A DNA stretch of 64,000 nucleotides from Spirochaetota bacterium (lineage in GTDB: Bacteria > Spirochaetota > Spirochaetia > Treponematales > UBA12059). Numbering within the stretch: the first letter of the stretch is position 1; every line of letters begins with the position of its first letter. Shown here one piece after another: positions 37,511 through 45,416 of this stretch. A program made the position numbers and the translations under genes. A model generated the notes under the pieces. That model worked only from the letters and a program-made list of their open reading frames with translations. It searched no databases and was not told the DNA's origin. The stretch is taken from the NCBI GenBank assembly GCA_018816345.1, contig JAHIWG010000166.1, positions 1 through 64,000 on the forward strand, read 5' to 3'.

Positions 37511-38344
37511 ATGAGCGCGTCTATCCGCCGCGCCGCTTCTGAGCTGTGCGCCGCCCTGCGGATTCCGTCGGACGGCGCCTCGTACGCGGCGCTCTCCGCT
37601 ATGATAGCGGAACGCCTGCCTCTCGATCCTTCCACGGCGCTGGCGCTGCGAAGGGCGGTCCGTCGCCACGGCGACGATCCGGCGGCCGCCAGCGTAGCTG
37701 CCAGGGCCGCGTCGGTCGGCCTCGATCCTGGGGGGGAGGCCTGCGAACGGATCCTCGGCATCCTCGATCATGACGATACGGACGGTTCAGGCTCCGCGGG
37801 CGGTTCTTTCGGTAGCGGCGATTCCTCGGGCGGCGGTACCGGGGACGGGGAGGCCGCCGGCCGCCATGGGGACGGATCCGGCGGCCGCCATGGGGACGAA
37901 TCGCCGCCGGGGGCCGCTGCCGACCAGTCCGGTATACTTGAGATCGCGAGGAGCCTCGAGGCCGCCGCGGCCGCCGCTATGGGCGATCCCGACGCGACGA
38001 GGCTCGCGACGCCTGACCCCGCGGGCCCGTACTGGGCCTGCCTGCCATTCAAGACGGAATTCCGCGGCGTTAATTACCATGGTTTCTTCCGTTTATGGTA
38101 TTATAGTAAGGGAACGAAGGCGGGGCGCCTCTTGGCCGATATCCGATTCGGCGACCAGCGTAGGCTGCTCGAGGTCTCGGGCGCGGGGAACGGGACGAGG
38201 ATAGCCTATTATTCCGGCGACGAGGCCGAGAGGACGGCGTTCGAGAAGGAATTCTCGGGCTACGCCGGGGTAGCGTCCGGCGATCTCGAGGAGGGTTACC
38301 TTAGGGAGCTCGGCTCGCGGAAAGGCGTAGACGAGGATGCCTAA
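37511..38344 (+). CDS. Ala/Gly/Pro-rich hypothetical protein translationally coupled to the FlhB-C-like gene
   Basis: ORF is open from 37304, but the rplS terminator-like hairpin lies inside that 5' part. First ATG after it is 37511. Contains a 21-bp direct repeat (AGRHGDGSGGRHGDES). 8-nt overlap with the next gene. Confidence 0.4.
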   Translation: MSASIRRAASELCAALRIPSDGASYAALSAMIAERLPLDPSTALALRRAVRRHGDDPAAASVAARAASVGLDPGGEACERILGILDHDDTDGSGSAGGSFGSGDSSGGGTGDGEAAGRHGDGSGGRHGDESPPGAAADQSGILEIARSLEAAAAAAMGDPDATRLATPDPAGPYWACLPFKTEFRGVNYHGFFRLWYYSKGTKAGRLLADIRFGDQRRLLEVSGAGNGTRIAYYSGDEAERTAFEKEFSGYAGVASGDLEEGYLRELGSRKGVDEDA

Positions 38345-38594
38345 GAGACCCATCCGTAGCTCGGTAGCGCTCCGGTACGACGAGTCGTCGCCCGCTCCTA
38401 TAGTCGTCGCCAAGGGTACCGGGAGGACGGCGGAGCGTATCGACGGCCTGGCCGAGGCCTCGGGCGTTCCCGTGATCCGGGACGACGCCATCGTAGCGGG
38501 ACTGGAGCCTGTAGATATCGGCGAGTTCGTGCCGCCCGAGTACTGGGAGCTCGTGGCGCGCGTGCTAGCTTTTATAAGGAAAGTACGACCATGA
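38337..38594 (+). CDS. Stand-alone FlhB C-terminal-domain-like protein (YlqH/EscU-YscU C-domain family)
   Basis: 85 aa: IRSSVALRYDESSPAPIVVAKGTGRTAERIDGLAEASGVPVIRDDAIVAGLEPVDIGEFVPPEYWELVARVLAFI resembles the cytoplasmic domain of FlhB-family export-gate proteins. Same position relative to rplS as ylqH in Firmicutes. Confidence 0.6.
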   Translation: MPKRPIRSSVALRYDESSPAPIVVAKGTGRTAERIDGLAEASGVPVIRDDAIVAGLEPVDIGEFVPPEYWELVARVLAFIRKVRP

Positions 38595-39814
38595 AAAAGA
38601 AGTATTCGCTCGACAGGATCCTGCCCGGATCTCGGTTCACGGCCGACGCGTTCTCGGAAGGCGATATCATGTTCGCGCCGGCCGGCGTAGCCATACGCGC
38701 GAAGGATATAGAGGGGCTGAAGCGCTGGGGCATAGGCTCGGTCTTCAGCGAGGGACAGCTCGAGGCCCCCGCGGATAAGGCCGCCGATAACGCGGCTGAC
38801 AGCGCCGCGGGGCCCTCCGCCTCTATCCGCGCCGCCGCCGCCTCGGCCGCCGCGAACGAGGGCCGCGCCAAGGCGGGAGGCTCCAGGGCCGGGCTCGCGG
38901 CTTTCGCCGACCACGCCCTCTACGCGGCCTATACCGATATGATAGACAGGCTCAAGCGCCTCATGGACAGCATAGCCCAGGGCGAGAAGGTCGAGCCGAA
39001 GAACGTCGATAAGCTTTCCCAGGACCTCGTACAGCTCGTCAGGGAGAAGGATTCTATAGTCGTATCGGCCATACTGTCGGCGGACGTGCAAGGCTACGAC
39101 CTCGCAAGGGCCGGCGTCAATTGCGCCATCCTATCGGTGGTCGTCGGCCAGACGATGAAGCTGCCGCCTCATCGCCTCGTCCACCTGGCCTCGGGGGCGT
39201 TGCTCCACGACGTAGGCATGCTCCGGGTCCCCGAGGCGATCATCAAGAAGAAAGGCACGCTTAGCCCCGAGGAGGCGCAGAAGATGCGCGCCCACCCGCT
39301 GCTCTCGTACCGCATCGTCATCAAGGAGCTCCAGTATCCCGACGACGTGGGCCTCGTAGGCCTGCAGCATCACGAGCGATGGGACGGCGACGGATATCCC
39401 AGGAGGACGGCGGGCCAGGATATAGACCTCCTGGCGCGCATCGTCTCCGTGGCGGACGCCTTCGAGGCCATGGTGAGCCAGAAGCCGTATAGGAACTCGA
39501 TGATAGGCTACGCGGCCATCAAGAACCTGCTGTCGGATAACTCCAGGCGCTTCGACCCCGACGTGCTCAAGGCCTTCGTCAGGAGCATGGGCATCTATCC
39601 CATCGGTTCCATAGTCGTCCTCAATAACGCGGCCATAGCCAAGGTCGTAGACACCCACGCCGACGCGCCCCTGAGGCCTAAGCTGAGGGTCATAGTCGAC
39701 GAGTTCGGGAAGCACTTCAAGGACGAGTCGGGCGACTCTATAGACCTCCTGGCCGAGAAGACCCTCTTCATAGCGCGCGCCGTCGATCCCCGGGAGCTGG
39801 CAGCCCAGGCGTGA
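38591..39814 (+). CDS. HD-GYP domain protein (putative c-di-GMP phosphodiesterase) with N-terminal domain of unknown function
   Basis: HD motif LHDVGM and HHERWDGDGYP (HD-GYP signature). Confidence 0.8.
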   Translation: MKKKYSLDRILPGSRFTADAFSEGDIMFAPAGVAIRAKDIEGLKRWGIGSVFSEGQLEAPADKAADNAADSAAGPSASIRAAAASAAANEGRAKAGGSRAGLAAFADHALYAAYTDMIDRLKRLMDSIAQGEKVEPKNVDKLSQDLVQLVREKDSIVVSAILSADVQGYDLARAGVNCAILSVVVGQTMKLPPHRLVHLASGALLHDVGMLRVPEAIIKKKGTLSPEEAQKMRAHPLLSYRIVIKELQYPDDVGLVGLQHHERWDGDGYPRRTAGQDIDLLARIVSVADAFEAMVSQKPYRNSMIGYAAIKNLLSDNSRRFDPDVLKAFVRSMGIYPIGSIVVLNNAAIAKVVDTHADAPLRPKLRVIVDEFGKHFKDESGDSIDLLAEKTLFIARAVDPRELAAQA

Positions 39815-40170
39815 TAAGCCGGAGCGCGAAGGGCAGGGCGGCGGAGGAGCTCGTCGCCGCCTCGCTCGCGGACCGCGGATGGGATATCGTCGCCAGGAAC
39901 TGGCGCGGCGGTCGCGGCGAGCTGGATATAGTGGCCCTCAAGGACGGCGTCCTCGCCGTCGTCGAGGTCAAGGACGTCGGCGCGTACGGGCTAGAGAGCC
40001 TCGAATCTTCGGTCGGGCGAGTAAAACGCCTGCGGATAGTAGAAACGTCTAAACTCTTCGTCTCCGCGCATCGAGAATTTAGTAACGCCGTCGTTCGGTA
40101 CGACGTCGCCACCGTCGCGGCAGGTACCGCGGCGGATTACTTCGAGAACGCGTTCGCGGAGCGCACATGA
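39811..40170 (+). CDS. yraN: YraN-family (UPF0102) endonuclease-like protein
   Basis: GRAAEELVAASLADRGWDIVARNWRGGRGELDIVA. Confidence 0.7.
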   Translation: MISRSAKGRAAEELVAASLADRGWDIVARNWRGGRGELDIVALKDGVLAVVEVKDVGAYGLESLESSVGRVKRLRIVETSKLFVSAHREFSNAVVRYDVATVAAGTAADYFENAFAERT

Positions 40171-40346
40171 TGAAGGCAACGGCAAACGATTCGGTCGACG
40201 ACAGGCTTGAAGAACTCAAGGTCATGGTGCATGATGAGCGCTATATGGACGGGGCTATTCTTCGCATAGCGTACCTGCTCAGCGATGAAATCATGGACGG
40301 TATCGGAGTAAGTAATGGCGGATGGAAACAAGGATTCAAGGCGTAG
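40167..40346 (+). CDS. Possible 59-aa small protein (not in ORF track, below length cutoff)
   Basis: ATG overlaps the yraN stop (ATGA). Noticeably lower GC than its surroundings. No homology recognisable. 3' end overlaps the next ORF. Confidence 0.2.
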   Translation: MMKATANDSVDDRLEELKVMVHDERYMDGAILRIAYLLSDEIMDGIGVSNGGWKQGFKA

Positions 40347-40752
40347 GTTCGGAAGGCGGGGACGCGGACGCTCCGGGCAGAGGGACGGCGAGCGGGTAGC
40401 GGCTAAGGCCGGGCAGGCCGAGCCGGCCGAGGAAGCCAAGTCGGCGCTCGCCGATCAGCCGCCCGTAGTCTGTTCCATATGCGAGAAGCAGATCTTCGAC
40501 CTCTCTAGCGCCCTGGCGGGTAGGGACGGCGGGCAGCCGGTGCATTTCGACTGCGCGCTGGCCCAGGCGGCGGTAGGAGAGAACCTCGAGCCCTCCGAGC
40601 GCGTCGCGTACATAGGCCGAGGAGCCTTCGCCGTCGTCGAGTACCGAGATAAGAGCATGACCGCCTTCACCGTCAAGCGCCGTATCCAATGGGAGAAGGA
40701 AGGCGAGAAATTCGACTGGCGCAAGTCTATCCAGCACCGGATGGGCCTGTAG
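40315..40752 (+). CDS. Hypothetical protein with Arg/Gly-rich N-terminus and Cys/His zinc-ribbon-like motif
   Basis: RRRFGRRGRGRSGQRDGER then CSICEKQ...HFDCA. The true start could be an internal codon. Confidence 0.4.
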   Translation: MADGNKDSRRRFGRRGRGRSGQRDGERVAAKAGQAEPAEEAKSALADQPPVVCSICEKQIFDLSSALAGRDGGQPVHFDCALAQAAVGENLEPSERVAYIGRGAFAVVEYRDKSMTAFTVKRRIQWEKEGEKFDWRKSIQHRMGL

Positions 40753-40870
40753 CCATCGATATCCCGGCCCCCTAGCCCGAGCGATCGCCCCCCCGTACAG
40801 AAGAACGTAGAGACGGGATCCGCCTGGACTCGCCGGTCCCCGCGCATATACTTGTAGGACGGGAGGCCCT

Positions 40871-41983
40871 ATGTCCGACGCATCGTATACCGTATTGATA
40901 GTCGACGATTCCGGCTCGAACAGGGCCTTCCTCGCCAGCATCCTGGAGGAGGACGGCTATAGGATAGCCCAGGCTTCCGACGGCGAGGCCTGCCTCGCGG
41001 CCGCGGCGACCGAGCGGCCGGTGCTCATCCTCCTGGACGTGGTCATGCCGGGCATGGACGGCTTCGAGGCGCTACGGCGCCTGAAGGCGGACCCGGCGAC
41101 CAGGCGCATAGCGGTGATAATGCTCACGAGCCTTGGCGACCAGGAGTCGAAGCTCAAGGCCTTCGATTTCGGCGCGATCGATTACATCGTCAAGTCGGCT
41201 AACGAGGCGGAGGTGAGGGCTCGGGTCCGCGTGCACGTGCGTCTCGCCAAGGCCAACGAGGAGCTCGTGGAGGCGCGCGCCGAGAGCCTGAAGCAGATAG
41301 CCGCGGCTCAGCGATCGCTACTCGTTAACCCGTCGGACCTGCCCGAAGCGCGCTTCTCGGTGTACTACCGATCCCTCCACGAGGCGGGCGGCGACTTCTA
41401 CGACGTCGTGCCGGTGTCCGACGGCGTATACTTCTATTTGATGGCCGACGTAGCCGGGCACGACGTAGGGACGAGCTACGTGACGCCGGCGGTCAAGGTG
41501 CTCCTCAAGCAATGCGCGACGCCCGCGCATTCGGTGGAGGAGGCCCTCTCGTACCTGAACGGCGTCCTCTCCAAGACGATACTCGAGGACAACTACCTGA
41601 CGGCGTTCGCGCTCCGAATAAACAGGAGGGCGGGAAAGGCCGTCTTCGCGGCCGCTGGCCATCCGCCCGCCCTCTATATCCCGAGGGAAGGGCCCGTCTC
41701 GATGGCGGCATGCGAGAATCCTTTCGTAGGCATGCTCGAGGAGTCGATGTACCGTTCCGAATCCATGGAGGTACGGGAGGGCGACCGTTTCCTGCTCTAT
41801 ACCGACGGGCTCGTGGAGAACCGGCTCGACCTGAGGTCCTCGGCTGATTCTAGCGACCGGCTGATAGCCGCGGCTGGACGCCTACGGACGCTGCCCTTGG
41901 CCGACCTGCCCGTCGCGTTCGTACGGGAAATGGGGGCCGACAGGCCCGAGGACGACGTCGCGGTGATGGCCGTGGAAGTCTGA
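40871..41983 (+). CDS. Response-regulator receiver fused to PP2C-type (SpoIIE/RsbU-like) Ser phosphatase
   Basis: REC domain (LIVDDS...DVVMPGMDG...LKADP). C-terminal PP2C motifs GGDFYDV, ADVAGHDVG, LYTDGLVE. Confidence 0.8.
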   Translation: MSDASYTVLIVDDSGSNRAFLASILEEDGYRIAQASDGEACLAAAATERPVLILLDVVMPGMDGFEALRRLKADPATRRIAVIMLTSLGDQESKLKAFDFGAIDYIVKSANEAEVRARVRVHVRLAKANEELVEARAESLKQIAAAQRSLLVNPSDLPEARFSVYYRSLHEAGGDFYDVVPVSDGVYFYLMADVAGHDVGTSYVTPAVKVLLKQCATPAHSVEEALSYLNGVLSKTILEDNYLTAFALRINRRAGKAVFAAAGHPPALYIPREGPVSMAACENPFVGMLEESMYRSESMEVREGDRFLLYTDGLVENRLDLRSSADSSDRLIAAAGRLRTLPLADLPVAFVREMGADRPEDDVAVMAVEV

Positions 41984-41985
41984 GT

Positions 41986-43647
41986 ATGCCCGCGCTCCTC
42001 GAGCTCGATATCCATACGATCCTGGTCCTCCTCGTCGTAGGGAACGCCAGCGCCGTCGCTACCCTCGTCGTGTATCAATGGAAGCTAGGATTGGAGCCGT
42101 CGGTAAGGCGTTATGTCGCCGGCGCGAGCCTGCAGGCCGCGGCGTGGACCCTGCTATACCTGAGGGGCGTCGTTCCCGCGGCGCTCTCCATCCACGTAGG
42201 CAACGCCGCCCTGATCTCCGGCTTCGGCCTGGAATGCCTCGCCCTCAGCACCTCGGACGCTCCGTCCGCTAGGAAGGACGCCGCGTACGCGCTCATAGCG
42301 AGCATAGGGATAGCAGTTTTTCTGGCGTTCGCCGGTTCCGCGCCGAATATCAGGGTGTTCGTGGCCTCTATCGTCTCTATAGGCCCCTACGCGGCCCTCT
42401 CGTTCTTCATGTTCCGCGGACGAGGGGGGCTCCATGCCTTCATCGGGCTCGTCAGCGCGTTCTACTGCCTGGTATTGGCGGCGAGGGCCGCGGCGTCCGC
42501 GGCCCTAGGCCCCGAGTTCTCGCTATTCACGTCGGCGTTTATACAGACGCTGGCCTTCGTCCCGCTTTTCCTGTTCAAATTCGTCTCGACCATAGGCTTC
42601 ATACTGCTCATTAAGGAACGCAGCGACATGCTCCTGGCGGAGAGCGAGGAAAAATTCCGTACTCTGGTCGAGCGGGCCAGCGAGGCCATAATCATCATCC
42701 AGGACGAGCTGGTCGTGTACGGGAATCCCAAGGCCGCCTCGCTCCTCGGCCTCGGGCCCGCCGAGCTCGTCGGCCGCGGCTTCCTAGAATTCGTATGGCC
42801 CGGAGACCGCACTCTAGTGCTCGATTATCATCGGTCCCGCGTCTCCGGCGGATCGCCCCCGGACGCATACGACATGAGGCTCCTGGACGCGGCCGGGGAA
42901 GCCCATTGGCTGTCGGTCTCCTCCGCGATCATCCAATGGGGCGGACGGATGGCTATCATGGGCCTCCTTACGGACATCGACGCCCGCAAGCGTTCCGAGT
43001 CCCAGGTGGCGCGGCTCCTGGCGGAGAAGGAGACGCTGCTACGGGAGGTCCACCATAGGATCAAGAATAACCTGGCCGTCGCCTCCAGCCTCCTATCGCT
43101 ACAGTCGGCCTTCGCGGAGGGCAAGGATCCCTCCGTCGTGCTCATCGACGCGCGGAACCGCCTGCGATCGCTCGCGCAGCTCTACGACCTCATGAACGCC
43201 AAGGGCAGCTACGCGCGGGCGTCGATGAAGGATTTCCTCTCCGCGCTCGCGAGCGACCTCGCGGACGTCCTGTCCTCGTCGGCCTCGTCGGCCCCGACGA
43301 GGTTCGACCTCGACATCGACGACCTTGAGCTCGACGCCGATCGCCTGGCCACGCTCGGCCTTATCGTGAACGAGATAGTGACCAACTCGATGAAGTACGC
43401 GTTCGCCGGTATCGCCGATCCACGCGTCTCGATAACGGCCTCCGCGCGGGACGGTACCGTTCGCGTCCTCTGCGGCGATAACGGAACGGGCCTCGTCATG
43501 GACGAAGCGCGGCGCGCGGGGACCGGGCTAGGCCTGCAGCTCATTGAGTCTCTCGCGTCGCAGCTGGGCGCGTCCATCCGCGTCGAGACGGAAGGCGGTA
43601 CCCGCTACGCGATGGAGTTCCCGGCCGAGGCTCCGGGAAGAGGCTAG
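41986..43647 (+). CDS. Membrane sensor histidine kinase, PAS domain + HisKA_2-type kinase core
   Basis: About 6 TM helices. PAS region (SEEKFRTLVERASEAIII). H-box HHRIKNNLAVASSLLSLQ. HATPase region. Confidence 0.8.
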   Translation: MPALLELDIHTILVLLVVGNASAVATLVVYQWKLGLEPSVRRYVAGASLQAAAWTLLYLRGVVPAALSIHVGNAALISGFGLECLALSTSDAPSARKDAAYALIASIGIAVFLAFAGSAPNIRVFVASIVSIGPYAALSFFMFRGRGGLHAFIGLVSAFYCLVLAARAAASAALGPEFSLFTSAFIQTLAFVPLFLFKFVSTIGFILLIKERSDMLLAESEEKFRTLVERASEAIIIIQDELVVYGNPKAASLLGLGPAELVGRGFLEFVWPGDRTLVLDYHRSRVSGGSPPDAYDMRLLDAAGEAHWLSVSSAIIQWGGRMAIMGLLTDIDARKRSESQVARLLAEKETLLREVHHRIKNNLAVASSLLSLQSAFAEGKDPSVVLIDARNRLRSLAQLYDLMNAKGSYARASMKDFLSALASDLADVLSSSASSAPTRFDLDIDDLELDADRLATLGLIVNEIVTNSMKYAFAGIADPRVSITASARDGTVRVLCGDNGTGLVMDEARRAGTGLGLQLIESLASQLGASIRVETEGGTRYAMEFPAEAPGRG

Positions 43648-43667
43648 GAGGCCGTCCCGCGCCGCAA

Positions 43668-43719
43668 GGGCGGCCCGAAACGGGCGGCCCGAATCGGGCG
43701 GCCCGAATCGGGCGGCGGC
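43668..43719. repeat. 14-bp tandem repeat GGGCGGCCCGAA(A/T)C x3.7
   Basis: Direct reading. Intergenic between the kinase and GGDEF genes. Confidence 0.7.
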
Positions 43720-43756
43720 TATGGCAATCGTCCCCGTCATGGCTTACCCTTGAGGC

Positions 43757-45361
43757 ATGGAAGCGAAGACCCTTTCGTACGCGCTAGCGTTGACGGGAAT
43801 CGCCTTGGCGGCCTGCGCCGTAGCCTTCGCCCTGTTCCGCAGGGAGCGCGGCGTCTGGATATACGCGGCTGGGTTCGTCTCGGCGTTCGTCGCCTACTCG
43901 CTATTACTCGGCCAAGGCGACTTGCCCCGGGCCTTCAGCTGCGTCTTGGCGAGCGCGCTGCTCGTCTTCTTCCAGCTTTGCCTGGCTTGGGGCTATAGGA
44001 GCCGGTCCGGCGCGCGCCCGGGATGGCCGAGGCGTTTCTGGGCCTATGCGGCGGCCACGCTCGCCTCGCTCTCGCTCGCGACCGCGCTCGTCGACTCGTT
44101 CGCGCTCAGGGCGATCCTGTCTTCCTGCCTGACGGCGATCGCGGCGATAGAGTTCCTCGCGGCGATACGCGCTAGCGACGCGGCCGTAGCCCCTATCCTC
44201 AGGCTGTCCGCCCGCGTAGTGGCCCTGGCGTTCATAGCCTTCCACGCGGGGCGGATCGCCCTGCTCGCGGCGTCCGGCGACTCGTCGGCCGCGCTCGCGG
44301 GCGACGGGGCCGCGAGCGCCGGGCTCACGGAGGACGGGCTGGCGAACGCCTATACGCTCTCGTTCTCGCTCCTCTTCTCGGTCCTGTGGGCCGGTCTCGT
44401 AGTGGCCCTCGACGTGGCTGACCTCCTCTCTCAGCTCGGGCGCAAGAACGACGCGCTGCAGGCCATGGCCACGAGCGACGAGCTGACCGGGCTGCGTAAT
44501 CGCCATAGCCTGGAGCCTAGGCTACGAGCCGAGATGGAGCGCTCGTCGAGGTACGGCCTGCCGTTGTCCATCGTGCTTTTCGATATCGACCATTTCAAGC
44601 GGGTCAACGATACCTGGGGGCACCAGGCCGGCGACGAGGTCCTGAGGCGCATGGCCGGCCTCGCGAGCGCCCTCGTGCGGGAGCCCGACGACCTGTTCCG
44701 CTGGGGCGGCGAGGAATTCCTGCTGGTAGCGCCTCACACCGCCCTGGCGGGCGCGGCGGCGCTCGCGGAGAAGCTCAGGCTCGCCGTCGCCAGGGAGGCC
44801 TTCCCCCTCGTCGGCGAGGTCACCGCGAGCTTCGGGGTAGCGGAATGGCCGCCGGAAGGGAGCCTGGAGGCCTGGTTCGCCCGCGTCGACCAGGCCCTGT
44901 ACAGGGCCAAGAACGGCGGCCGGAACAGGGTCGTGGCGATAGGAGGCGACGAGGCGCTGCCGGTCGCTAGCGTCCGGATCGCCTGGAGGGACGAATGGTC
45001 GTCGGGGAACGAGCTCATCGACGCTCAGCATATCAGGCTCATAGAGCTGGCCAACTCGCTCTTGGCCATATCGCTCTCCGGCGGCGAAGGCGAGTCCGAC
45101 GCCGTCGACGCCCTGGTCGAGCACGTCAAGGCGCACTTCGCCGACGAGGAGCGAGTGCTGGCGGAGGTAGGCTACCCCGACGCGGCGGCCCACGCGAAGC
45201 TCCACGCCGGCCTCTCGCTCGCGGCGGGGGAGCTGCGGACCAGGCTAGGCGCCGAAGGCTCGTCCGCCCTGTTCGATTTCCTCGTCAATCGCGTGGTCGT
45301 CGAACACCTGGTAAAGGCCGACTCGCTCTTCTTCGCGTATACGCGCGGCGCGAGGGGCTGA
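43757..45361 (+). CDS. Membrane diguanylate cyclase (GGDEF) with C-terminal hemerythrin-like domain
   Basis: About 5 TM helices. GGDEF core (RNRHS...DIDHFKRVND...WGGEEFLL, GGEEF A-site). C-terminal about 130 aa with hemerythrin HHE-type motifs (IDAQHIRLIEL, HFADEERVL, H-AKLHAGL). Confidence 0.8.
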   Translation: MEAKTLSYALALTGIALAACAVAFALFRRERGVWIYAAGFVSAFVAYSLLLGQGDLPRAFSCVLASALLVFFQLCLAWGYRSRSGARPGWPRRFWAYAAATLASLSLATALVDSFALRAILSSCLTAIAAIEFLAAIRASDAAVAPILRLSARVVALAFIAFHAGRIALLAASGDSSAALAGDGAASAGLTEDGLANAYTLSFSLLFSVLWAGLVVALDVADLLSQLGRKNDALQAMATSDELTGLRNRHSLEPRLRAEMERSSRYGLPLSIVLFDIDHFKRVNDTWGHQAGDEVLRRMAGLASALVREPDDLFRWGGEEFLLVAPHTALAGAAALAEKLRLAVAREAFPLVGEVTASFGVAEWPPEGSLEAWFARVDQALYRAKNGGRNRVVAIGGDEALPVASVRIAWRDEWSSGNELIDAQHIRLIELANSLLAISLSGGEGESDAVDALVEHVKAHFADEERVLAEVGYPDAAAHAKLHAGLSLAAGELRTRLGAEGSSALFDFLVNRVVVEHLVKADSLFFAYTRGARG

Positions 45362-45416
45362 GCGGGCCCGATCCGGCCCGGCCTCGCGCTCGGCTACTCC
45401 TCCCGCTATAGCTCGA

